A stretch of 64,000 nucleotides of DNA from Dehalococcoidia bacterium (GTDB lineage Bacteria > Chloroflexota > Dehalococcoidia > Bin125). The stretch is taken from the NCBI GenBank assembly GCA_963663235.2, contig CAXXNO010000006.1, positions 96,001 through 160,000 of the forward strand, written 5' to 3'. Below the pieces are notes generated by a model. It was not told where the DNA came from and searched no databases. It saw nothing but the letters and a program-made list of their open reading frames with translations. A program made the translations under genes and the position numbers. Positions 51,809-61,935 of the stretch are shown here, piece by piece (the first letter of the stretch is position 1; each line of letters opens with the position of its first letter).

Positions 51809-53050
51809 TGACCTGCCCCCCCAGAACCGGTCCAGATCCTGTGCGAGGATTCGGGCCGGTGCGAAGGGAGTCGGCATGGCACGCAAGCGGTACGCGGCCG
51901 AGGAGATCATCGGCCACCTGCGGGAGGCGGAGGGGGTGCTCGCGCAGGGGGAATCGGTCGCGCCGGTCGCGCGCCGCCTCGGCGTGGCCGAGCCAACGTA
52001 TTACCGCTGGCGGCGGGAGGACGGGGGGCTGCGGGTCGACCCGGCCAAGCGGCTGAAAGAACGGGAGCGCGAGAACAGTCGGCTGAAGCGGGTGGTGGCC
52101 GATCAGGCGCGGGCCAACGCGATGGTGCGGGACGTCGCAGCGGGAAACTTCTGAGCCCGGCCACGCGGCGCCGGGCGACATCCTACCGCACGGACCCGTA
52201 CGCGGTGGCGGAGCGGCGGGCCTGCCCGGTCACCGGCCAGGCGCGGGCGACCCAGCGCGACGTGCCCCGGCCGTCCCCGGATGCGCCGGCGCTGATCGCG
52301 CGCAGCGTCGCGCTGGCCCCCCGCTGCGGCCGCTACGGCTCCCGTCGCATCCCGGCCCGGCTGCGCCAGGCGGGCTGGCGGGTGAACCCCAAGCGGGTCG
52401 AGCGGCGCTGGCGTCAGGAAGGCTGGCGGGTCCCCGGGAAGCACCCCCAACGGGGCCGCCGCTGGCTCGCGGCCGGCTCGCGGGTGCGGCGGCGGGCCGA
52501 GCGGCCGTCCCACGTCTGGTCCTCCGCCTTCGTCTTCGACCGCACCGCCGAGGGGCGCCCGGTGCGGATCCTCGCCCTCGTGGATGAGGACCACCCGCGA
52601 GGGCCTGCGTCTCGACGTCGCCCGCCGACGGCGCCGCGACGACGGCCTGGCGCGGTTGGCCCAGCTGTTCGTCGAGCGCGGGCCGCCGACGTTTCTGCGG
52701 TCCGCCAACGGCCCGGCGTGCACCGCCACCGCGGTGCGGGACTGGCTGCACCGGGTCGGGGGCACGACCCGCTTCATCGAACCGGGCAGGCCTTGGGCGA
52801 ACGGCTCTGGGGAATCGTTCAACGGCAAGCTGCGCGACGCGTGCCTCAATCGCGAGCGCTTCGACACCCTGCTGGAAGCCCAGATCCTCATCGCGGGCTG
52901 GCGGCGGGAGGACAACCCGATCCGCCCCCACCGTGCCCTCGGCTCCCGCCCCCCCGCCCCGGAAACGCAGCAACCCCGGGAACGTCCCATGACGCGCGTC
53001 CCGGCGATCGGACTCACTTAACGACTGGTACAACGATCGGGGGCAGGTCA
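51809..53050 (+). mobile_element. IS3-family element, second inactivated copy, 1242 bp, inverted relative to the first
   Basis: Same IRs; orfA 51876-52154; about 18 substitutions versus copy 1 by manual alignment. Confidence 0.93.
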
Positions 53051-53215
53051 AAGAGGGAACCTCACCCTTCCGCTGTGCGAAGGGCGCAAGCGCCCCCTGG
53101 CTCTCCTTCGACTCGCCTGCGGCTCGCTCAGGACAGGCCCTCTCCATCGGCGAGCGATGGAACCTCACCCCCTGGCCCCCTCTCCATCGGCAAGCGATGG
53201 AGAGGGGGAGGAGAC
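53051..53215. repeat. Mosaic REP-like array, other half of 35581-35737
   Basis: Starts AAGAGGGAACCTCACC at the IS end. Confidence 0.88.
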
Positions 53216-53217
53216 GA

Positions 53218-53595
53218 CTAGTCGTCGGAGACGAGGACGCGGCCGTCGACGACGCGGGTGCGGAAGGTGCGGATGCGCTTGGGATTGAGCCACTTTTCGA
53301 GGAAGGGTGGGAGCGGGGGCGCTTTCTGGTCGAGGACGTGCCAGAGACCGCGGGGGAGCCACTTTTTGGTCTCGCCGGTGCGGAGGTCGAACTCGGAGTC
53401 GTGCCAGGGGCAGACGATGTTGGAGTGGTCGAGATGGCCCACCGAGAGGGGGGCTGCGAGGTGGGGGCAGCGATCCTGGACGGCGAAGAGTTCACCATCG
53501 AGGTTGGCGACGCAGACGCGTTGCCCGTCCACCTCCCCGGCCGTGACGGAGCCGGGCGGCAGGTCGGCCAGGGCGCAGATATCGGCTTCGGGCAC
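53218..53595 (-). CDS. Rieske 2Fe-2S ferredoxin
   Basis: CPH...CPWH..FDLRTG. Confidence 0.9.
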   Translation of the reverse strand: MPEADICALADLPPGSVTAGEVDGQRVCVANLDGELFAVQDRCPHLAAPLSVGHLDHSNIVCPWHDSEFDLRTGETKKWLPRGLWHVLDQKAPPLPPFLEKWLNPKRIRTFRTRVVDGRVLVSDD

Positions 53596-53704
53596 CGGGT
53601 TTTCCTCGTCGCGGATCGGGGCCTAGGATGGCGGGCGGGCGGCGCTGGGTCAATTATGGCGTCGAAGCGCGTTCGCTGTGGGAGCGTGAGGGAGGTACGC
53701 GGCT

Positions 53705-54508
53705 GTGGATATCAACGAGCTGTTGCCGCCGCGGGTAGCGGTGGTTGAACTGAGCGGGGTGATCGGGCTGCGGTTGCACTCGCGGGAGTTCAACAAGTTG
53801 CTGACGGGGGTGCGGGAGAATCGCCGGATCAAGGCGGTAGTGCTGGACATCGACTCGCCGGGCGGGATCGCGCATTCCTCCGAGGACATCTACCTGGCGG
53901 CGCAGCAGCTGGGGCAAGCGAAGCCGCTGGTGGCGTCGATCCGGGGGGTAGGCGCGTCGGGGGCGTACATGGTGGCGTGCGCGGCGGAGCGGATATTCGC
54001 CATCCCCAGCGCGATCGTGGGGTCGATCGGGGTGATCAGCGCGCGGCCGATGGTGGCGCAGTTGCTGGACAAGGTCGGCGTCGAGATGGTGGTGTCGAAG
54101 AGCGGGCGGTTCAAGGACATGGGGTCGTTGTTCCGCGAGCCCACCGAGGAAGAGCGGGCCAAGGAGCAGAAACTTATCGATGCGATCCACGGGCGGTTCC
54201 TGGAGATCGTGAGCGCCGGGCGGGCCGAGGTGCCGCCGGAGCGCGTGCGAGAGATGGCCACGGGCGAGGTGTACACGGGGACGCAGGCGCTGGAGGTGGG
54301 GCTGATCGACGAAGTGGGCAACCTGGACAACGCCGTGCGTTGGGCGGCGCGTCGCGCGGGGATCCCGGCCAAGACGATCATCGTGCGGCCGCGTCGCGGG
54401 CTGGCGCAGATGCTGCTGCAGCGCGGGGCCGAGAGCCTGGTGGACGATATCAGCGCGGCGATGCTGGAGCGGCTCTACGCGGGCGCGCTGGGTGTCCCGC
54501 TGCACTGA
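53705..54508 (+). CDS. sppA: Signal peptide peptidase, S49 family
   Basis: IDSPGG, GASGAY, VGSIGV, KSGRFKD, GLID. Confidence 0.88.
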   Translation: MDINELLPPRVAVVELSGVIGLRLHSREFNKLLTGVRENRRIKAVVLDIDSPGGIAHSSEDIYLAAQQLGQAKPLVASIRGVGASGAYMVACAAERIFAIPSAIVGSIGVISARPMVAQLLDKVGVEMVVSKSGRFKDMGSLFREPTEEERAKEQKLIDAIHGRFLEIVSAGRAEVPPERVREMATGEVYTGTQALEVGLIDEVGNLDNAVRWAARRAGIPAKTIIVRPRRGLAQMLLQRGAESLVDDISAAMLERLYAGALGVPLH

Positions 54509-54513
54509 CGGTT

Positions 54514-54800
54514 TTCTCTCTCCATCCTTCCCAGGAGGGAAGGATGGAGAGACCTCACCCCCTGGCCCCCTCTCCATCGGCAAGCGATGGAGAGGGGGTT
54601 TTATTCCATCGCGAGCGAGGCGTGGGGAGCGGCGCGGCGGGGTCGTGCGCGGCGGAGGGTGCGGGCTGCCGCGAGGGTAGGGGAACCTCACCCTTCCGCT
54701 GTGCGAAGGGCGCAAGCGCCCCCTGGCGCCCTTCGACTCGCCTGCGGCTCGCTCAGGACAGGCTCTCTCCATCGGCAAGCGATGGAGAGGGGGAGGAGGA
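54514..54800. repeat. Mosaic REP-like array
   Basis: Five of the recurring modules in series. Confidence 0.9.
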
Positions 54801-54806
54801 GCAGCG

Positions 54807-55301
54807 TTACTTGGAGACCATGCGGCGATAGCCGCCCTCGAAGAAGAGGAGGGGGTCTGCGCCGGGATCGCATTCGCAGGCCTTGACCTGGCCGATGTAG
54901 ATGTCGTGGTCGCCGCCGGGGACGATGCTGTGGACGGTGCAGTCCATGTAGGCGATGGCGTCGTCGAGGCGGGGCGCGCCGGTCTCCCCGACGGAGTACT
55001 TGATCTCGGCGAACTCCTCGGGCCCGTAGACTCGCTTGCTGCTGGCGAAGTAGGAGGAGAGAGCTTCCTGATCCGCGCGCAGGATATTCACCGTGAAGGC
55101 GGGCGTTTCTTGGAGGACCTCCAGCATGTGCGTGTCCTTGTCGACGCAGATCAGGATCAGGGGCGGCTCCAAGGAGACCGAGCTGAAGGCGTTGGCGGTC
55201 ATGCCGTGGTAGGCAGGGGGGCGCCCCGCCGTCACCACGGTGACCCCGGTGGCGAACTCGCCGCAGACGTCGCGGAAGTATCTGGTGTCGAAGCCCGGCA
55301 T
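54807..55301 (-). CDS. Flavin reductase family protein
   Basis: FATGVTVVT, SVSLEPPL, GGDH, PLLF. Confidence 0.92.
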   Translation of the reverse strand: MPGFDTRYFRDVCGEFATGVTVVTAGRPPAYHGMTANAFSSVSLEPPLILICVDKDTHMLEVLQETPAFTVNILRADQEALSSYFASSKRVYGPEEFAEIKYSVGETGAPRLDDAIAYMDCTVHSIVPGGDHDIYIGQVKACECDPGADPLLFFEGGYRRMVSK

Positions 55302-55455
55302 GGAGCGTCGCCATCCTCTCTGCAAAGCACCGGCGGGTTAGGCTAGCGGGAACCGCCGCCATCGTACAAGGCATCGCGCTCGCTGCCGCCGGCCTCCGAA
55401 TAGCGCCGTGCTTTGCTACCCTGCGGCGCAGCGAGCAGCAAGAATGGAGCAGCGT

Positions 55456-56250
55456 ATGACGACGGAGCACCTGTTAGTCGAGACCAACAGCGACGGCGTG
55501 GCGACGCTGACGCTGAACCGGCCGGAGAGCCTGAACTCACTCAGCATGGAGCTGGAGTTCGGCCTCCGCGACACCATTGCGGCGTTGAGCAAGGACCGGA
55601 GCGTGCGCGTGGTGGTGATCACGGGCAGCGGCCGGGCGTTCTGCGCCGGAGGTGACGTCAAGTCGATGGGAGCGGGCGGACCGTGGGACTTGCCGCTCGA
55701 AGGGCGGGTCGATCGGCTGAAGCAGCTGCACAAGGTGGGGACGTCGCTGCAAGCGATGCCGCAGCCGACCATCGCGATGGTGAACGGAGTCGCAGCGGGG
55801 GCGGGCTGCAACCTGGCTCTGGCCTGCGACCTGCGAATCGCGTCGGAGGGGGCGAAGTTCACGCTGGCGTTTCGCAACGTCGGGCTGGCGGATGACCTGG
55901 GCGGGGCGTGGTTCCTGCCGCGACTGGCCGGGGTCAGCAAGGCGCTGGAGTTGTTCTTCACGGGAGAGGTTATCGACGCGGAGGAGGCGCTGCGGATCGG
56001 GATGGTGAACCGCGTGGTCCCGGCGGAGCGGCTGACGGCGGAGACGTACGCGCTGGCCGGGCGGCTGGCGCACGGCCCGGCCGAGGCGCTGGCGCTGGTG
56101 AAGCGGGAGGTCTACGGGGGGCTGGGGCAATCGCTGCAGGAGCTGCTGGACATTGAGGCCGAGGAGCAGGCGAAGTTGATGGATGCAGCGGACCACTCGG
56201 AAGGGATCTCCGCGTTCGTGGAGAAGCGGGAGGCGCGCTTCCAGCGCTAG
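55456..56250 (+). CDS. Enoyl-CoA hydratase/isomerase
   Basis: LNRPESLNS, FCAGGD, VNGVAAGAG, AFVEKR. Confidence 0.92.
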   Translation: MTTEHLLVETNSDGVATLTLNRPESLNSLSMELEFGLRDTIAALSKDRSVRVVVITGSGRAFCAGGDVKSMGAGGPWDLPLEGRVDRLKQLHKVGTSLQAMPQPTIAMVNGVAAGAGCNLALACDLRIASEGAKFTLAFRNVGLADDLGGAWFLPRLAGVSKALELFFTGEVIDAEEALRIGMVNRVVPAERLTAETYALAGRLAHGPAEALALVKREVYGGLGQSLQELLDIEAEEQAKLMDAADHSEGISAFVEKREARFQR

Positions 56251-56357
56251 CCCCGGCGCAGAGCCGTTATCGATGCGAAGATCACAGCGCGCCGCCCCGC
56301 CCCGCCGCATTGACGGGGCAGGGCGGGGCGCTGTGAGTGGTGGCGTTGGCCGAGCGG

Positions 56358-59300
56358 CTAGGGCGCGGCGCCGATTTGCTCCCAATCCAGCGCGTGGTCG
56401 CTGACGGTCTGGTTGAAGATGAAGAGGCCACCGAAGCGGTTCGCCGTCGTGAAGGTGCTGAGGAAGAGCGCCTGCCCGCGGCGGAAGATCTCGTACTCCT
56501 GCACGGGCGCAGCGAAGCGGAAGGCCGCGCTCACACCGGGCGGCAGGCCGGCCAAGAGGTCGGCGAGGGCGGCATCGCTTGCGCCGGTGTAGCCGACGAA
56601 GGTGAAGCCGGGCTCGATCACCACGCCGACGGGGCCAGCCGTGAGGACGTTGGGAAGCGTCACGGTGGCGGTCACGTTGGCGGGGAGACGGATGAAGAGG
56701 ACGTCGCGCTGGTTGACGGTGACGAACGTGTTCAGGCCGGGGACGCTGACGTCCGGGCGGTGCACGAGCCAGATCTGGGTGCTGGCGCGGAAGTTGAAGA
56801 CGCTGTCCATGATGGGGCCCACGGCGTCGACGATGTCCTGAACCGGGGTGCCGTTGGGGCCGGTGAAGACGATGGCGTTGAAGCCGCCGACGAGGGTGAA
56901 GGTGATGTCCGCGCCGCCGGGCTGCTCTTCCGTTGCATCGACGCCGTCGCAGTCCTGATCGATGCCGTCGCCGACGATCTCCGGGGCGCTGGGGAAGGTG
57001 TCGGGGTCGGTGTCATCGCAGTCGGGCGTCCCGCCTGTGGCCTGGCCGGCGGCGAACCCGTCGCCGTCCACGTCGTTTAGGACGCTGCCGTCGCAGTCTT
57101 GGTCGATGCCGTCGTAGAGGATCTCGGCGGCGCCGGGGAAGATGTTGGGGTCGGTATCGTCGCAGTCGGTCCCGCCGGCCGCGATGTCATCAAAGCCATC
57201 GCCGTCGGCGTCGGCGCCGGAGAACTCGACGGCACCGATGTCGGTCGTGCCGAGGCGGGGAACGCCGCGCTGGTCCGCGGGGGTCGCCCCCACGTCGTCG
57301 CCCGCGTCGATGGCGGGGCTGCCTGGGAGCAGTGCGTGCGTGAAGGTGGGGCCGCCGTTGTTGGCCAGCGGGCCGAGGAGGGGGTCGACGCCGGGCAGGT
57401 CATCGAGCGCCGTCAGATTGCAGGTGCCGTCGAGATCGATGTTGTTGTTGAGGGAGACGACGGGGCCGACGCAGTCGCCGCCGCTGTTGCCGGCGACGAT
57501 CGTGTTCTTGAGCGAAATGGGGCCGCCAGCGTGAGCGACCCCCCCGCCCGAGGCGCCGGCGAGGTTGTCCGTGATGGTGGTGTTCGTCAGCGTCGCGCTG
57601 GCGGGACCTTCGTTGAGGATGCCGCCACCGACGCCGAGCGTCGTGTTGCCGCTCAGTGTGCTGTTCGTGAGCGTCAATGCTGCGGTTGATCCATTCTCGA
57701 TCCCGCCGGCCTTGGCGGTGCCCGTGTTTCCGCTGATCGTGGTATCGCTGAGCGTTGCGCTTCCCTCTCTGATGGTGAGGCCGCCGCCGCCCGCCGCCGT
57801 GTTCCCGCTCACCGTCGTGCGGGTCACGGTGACCATCGCGCCGGCGCCGGTGCTGCGGAGCCCGCCGCCGTTCCCCCCCCGCTACGTTGGCGGTGATTGC
57901 GCTCTCCACGACGGTGAGGGCGCCGACATTTTGATGAACGCCCCCCCCGAAAGCCGCTGCGGTGTTGTTGCCGATCGTACTGAGCGTCAGCGTGACCGAG
58001 CCGCCGAGGTTAACGATGCCGCCGCCGCTGGTGCCGGCGATGTTGCCGGTCACGAATGAACTGGTCAGGTCCAGTGTTGCAGCGTTGTTGTTGACGATGC
58101 CGCCGCCGAGGCCGTTGGTGGTGTTGTCGCTGACCGTGCTGTCGATCAGCGTGGCCGTTGCGCCGGGGCCGTTCCAGATCCCGCCGCTGTCCAGGTCGCC
58201 GAAGTTGGCGGTGACGGTGGTGGCCGGCAGCGTCAAGAGGTTGCGGTTCGCGATTCCTCCGGCCCCGAAGGGGCTGGCGCTGTTGCCGCTGATCGTGCAA
58301 CCCGTCAAACTCAGCACGCCAGCGTCCATATTGGAGATGCCACCGCCGCCGAAGTTCCCGTTCCCCGCGTTGTTGCTGACGATGCAGGTATCCAAGGTCG
58401 CGGCGCCGTCGTTCCAGAGGCCGCCGCCGAAGGCCGCCACATTGTTATCGAGAGTGGTGCCAGAGAGCGTCAGCGTCCCTACATTCCAGAGGCCGCCGCC
58501 ATCGGTCACCGCTGAGTTGTCGCTGACAATGGAGTCGGAGAGCGTCAAGGTCGCGCCGACGTTGTTGATGATGCCGCCGCCGGGGCCGTTGGTGAGGTTG
58601 TTGGAGACGGTGGTGCCCGTCAGCGTGGCCGTAGCGCCGGGGCCGTTCCAGATCCCGCCGGCGTCCGCATTGCCCAAGTTGCTGGTGATGATGCCGGCGG
58701 TGATCGTCAACGTGCCGCGGTTGGCGATGGCGCCGGAGCCGGAGGGGGTGGCGGTGTTGCCGTTGAGCGTGCAGCCATTCAGATCCATCACACCGCCGGA
58801 GGCGTTGGAGATGGCGGCGGCGCCGAAGGGGCCGGTGGCCAAGTTCCCGGTGAGGGAGCAGGCTGTCAAATTGGCGACGCCGCTGCTGAAGAGGCCGCCA
58901 CCGGTGGATGCGAAGTTGCTGTCGATGATATCGCCCGTCGAAGTGAGAGAGCCGGCGTTGAAGATGCCGCCGCCCTCATCGCTGGCGACGTTGCCGCTGA
59001 TGGTGCTAGTCGAGATGGTCGCCGACCCGGCGGGCAGGAAGAAGGGAAAGCCAATGGCGGCGGAGGTCGCGATCGCGCCACCGTTCGTGGCGGTGTTGCC
59101 GATCAGGGTGGAGTCGGTCAGCGTCAGGGAGCCGGCCGCGACGTTAATGGCACCGCCAGAGCCGCCGCCGGCGTTGCTGCCTGTGATCGTTACGCCCGAG
59201 ATGTTGAGGGATTCGCCGACGAGCACGTGGAAGACGCGATCGATGCCGGCGCCGTCGATCGTGGTGGCCGCGAGGCCTGCGCCGATGATGGTGACGGCGC

Positions 59301-59688
59301 CGCCGCCGCCGGCGATGTCGAGGTCGCCGGTCATGGCGGCGTCCTCGTTGGCCCCGGCGATGGTGAGGGTGAAGGTGCCGGCGATCAGGGTGATGGTGTC
59401 ATCGCCCGCGAGGGCGTTGGCTTCCATGATCGCGGCGCGCAGCGTGCAGGCAATAAAGCCGCCGGCTGAGCAAATGCCGTCGCCCGGGTTGATGTCCACC
59501 GCGTCAGTCCCCGTCGTGACCGTGAAGTTTGCGCCGTGGGCGGTATCCGAGGTGAGTAAGAGCGTGAGCGAGGCGGTGAGCGTCGCTACGACGACGACGA
59601 TAGCGGCCAAGAAGGAGGCCGCGGGGAGGGGGCGACGGCCCCGGGCGGCAGCGCGGATGAGGTTCAGGGGGCGAGCGTCGAGGTGCAT
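56358..59688 (-). pseudogene. Large secreted beta-helix protein (CSLREA-like, choice-of-anchor Q, DxDxDG/DCDD repeats, two C-terminal modules); +1 frameshift in a C8 run at 57873-57880
   Basis: CTLRAAIMEANA, GG(G/A)I.N repeats, [28 protein letters not shown]. Confidence 0.85.
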
Positions 59689-59790
59689 GGGGCGTTCCTC
59701 TCGCAAAGGCGCGGCGCGGCTGTGTCGTTGGCGGGGCGTCGCAGGTGAAGTCGAAGGCTACGACGCGAGGGAGGGGGGGCAACGACGCGA

Positions 59791-59841
59791 GCGGGCGCCG
59801 CTTAGGCCGGGAGCGGGCGGAGGGGAAGGTCGAAGACGGTG
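59791..59841 (-). pseudogene. Stranded copy of the dehydrogenase 3' end (TVFDLPLRPLPA*)
   Basis: 48/51 match to 61925-61975. Confidence 0.88.
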
Positions 59842-59875
59842 TCGCCGACGGGGGTGAAGCCGGGTCTCAGCGCTC

Positions 59876-61839
59876 TCAGCCCACGGCGATGGTCCGCTGC
59901 CCCACCGACACGACCCAGAGGAAGTCCCCCGGCGCGAGCGCGAAGTTCACCGTGCCCAGGGGGGGATGAACGCCGTCCAGCTCAGTCCGAAGGGGTCCCA
60001 CAGCCAGGCGATCTTCACCGTCGCGAACACATCCGCAGCCAGCGCCGTACCGAACTGCCAGAACACGAACTGGCCGCCGTCCCTGAGCATCAACTCACCA
60101 ACGGGAGGCTCCTCCTCCTCGGGCATCATCTCGTCGTCGGCCTTGCCGAGCAGGTCGCTGCCGTCGCAGTCCTGATCGATGCCGTCGTCCGCCACCTCGG
60201 GCGCGCCGGGGAAGATGGTGGGGTCGGTGTCGTCGCAGTCCGTGCCGCCCGCGGCGATGGAGTCGAAGCCGTCGCCGTCGGCGGCCGCGACATCATCGAA
60301 GCCGTCGCCGTCTGCGTCCGCGTCCTGGAACTCGACGGCACCGATGTCGGTCAGGCCGACGCGGGGGAGGCCGCGCTGGTCGGTGGGGGGCGCGCCCACG
60401 TCGTCGCCGGCGTTGATGGCGGGGCTGCCTGGGAGCAGCGCGTGCGTCTGGGTGGGGCCGCCGTTGGCGGCCAGCAGGCCGAGGAGCGGGTCGGTTGCGG
60501 GCAGGTCACCGCCAGCTCCCAGGTTGCAAGTGCCATCGGAATCGATGTTGTTGCCGAGGGAGACGAGGGGGCCGTCGCAGTCATCGGGACCGTTGGCCGC
60601 CACGATGGTGTTCTTCAGGGTGGCGCTGTTGCCGCTGTGCCGGATGCCGCCGGCTACAGCGGCGTTGTTGCCGGCGATGGTGCTGTTGACGACCGTTAGC
60701 GCGCCGCCGCCGGTGTTGAAGATGCCGCCGACGCCGACCACCGCGGTGTTGCCACTCACCGTGCTGCTGGTGAGCGTCAGCATGCCTCCAGCATTGGAGA
60801 CGCCGGCGCCGACAACGGCAGCGGTATTGCCGCTCACGGTGCTGTTGGTGAGCGTGGCGATGCCGTCGTCGTTGAAGACGCCGCCACCATCGGAGCCCGC
60901 ATTGTTGTTGCCGACTGTGCTGTTGGTGAGTGTGGCGATGCCGTCAACGTTCCAGATGCCCCCGCCATCGGAGGGTGTCGCCGTGTTGAAGCCGACCGTG
61001 CTGTTGGTGAGCGTCAGCGAGGCAGCGCCGCCGGTGCTGGCGATGCCGCCTCCGGCGTTGGCTGTGTTGTTCGTGACGCTGGTGTCTGTCAGCGTCAACG
61101 CGCCGGCGTTGAAGATGCCACCGCCCTCATCGGTGGCGGTGTTTCCGCTGATGGTACTGGCCGCCAGGGCCGCCGACGCGGCGGGCAAGAAGAAGGGGAA
61201 ACCGGTGGCGGCGGAGATGGCGATTGCGCCGCCGTCCATGGCGGTGTTTCCGCTCAGCGTCGAGCGGGTCAGCGACAGGGAGCCGCCCGCGACGTTAATG
61301 GCGCCGCCAGAGCTTCCGGCGGCGTTGCCGTCGACGATGGTGACGCCCGAGATGTTGAGCGTTGCGCTGAAGAGCACGTGGAAGACACGGTCGATGCCGC
61401 CGCCGTCGATGACGGCGGGAGAGTCGAGGAAGTCGGCGGTGATGGTGAGGCTGTTGCCGGCGTCGGTGATGTCGAGGTCGCCGGTCATGGCGGCGTTCTC
61501 GTTGGCCCCGGCGAGGGTGAGGATGTAGTTACCGGGGGGCAGAGTGATGGTGTCGTCGCCGTCGAGGGCGTTGGCCTCCATGATCGCGGCGCGCAGCGTG
61601 CAGCCCGGCAGGCCGGCCGAGCAGATGCCGTCGCCCGGGCTAAAGTCCACCCCGTCAGACCCCGTCGTGACCGTGAAGTTTGCGCCGTGGGCGGTATCCG
61701 AGGTGAGCAGGAGGGTGAGCGAGGCCGCGAGCGTCGCCACGACGACGACGATAGCGACCAAGAAGGAGGACGCGGGGAGGGGGCGACGGCGCCGAGCGGC
61801 AGTGCGGATGAGGTTCAGCAGGTGAGCGTCGAGGCGCAT
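59876..61839 (-). CDS. Paralogous shorter CSLREA-like secreted protein; -1 frameshift in a G7 run at 59959-59965 cuts the C-terminal module
   Basis: Same N-terminus as 59688; after the slip the other frame reads LGTVNFALAPGDFLWVVS...VG*. Confidence 0.85.
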
Positions 61840-61935
61840 GGGGGCGCTCCTCTGGAAAGGACGCGGCGGCGTCGCGGGCGAAGTCGGAGGCTATGGGCTG
61901 GCTGGTAGGTGGTCAACGGCATGGGCGGGCGCCGC

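Noticed and set aside
34339-53050. Active composite transposon
   Set aside because: Both transposases are frameshifted with catalytic Asp lost, and the outer flanks share no target duplication.
30587-54800. Repeat arrays as CRISPR
   Set aside because: No constant repeat with unique, equal-length spacers and no cas genes; several modules alternate irregularly.
30538-54886. Short ORFs containing MERACPERAAGESK or PFAQRKGEV
   Set aside because: Translations of the repeat modules, not supported as proteins.
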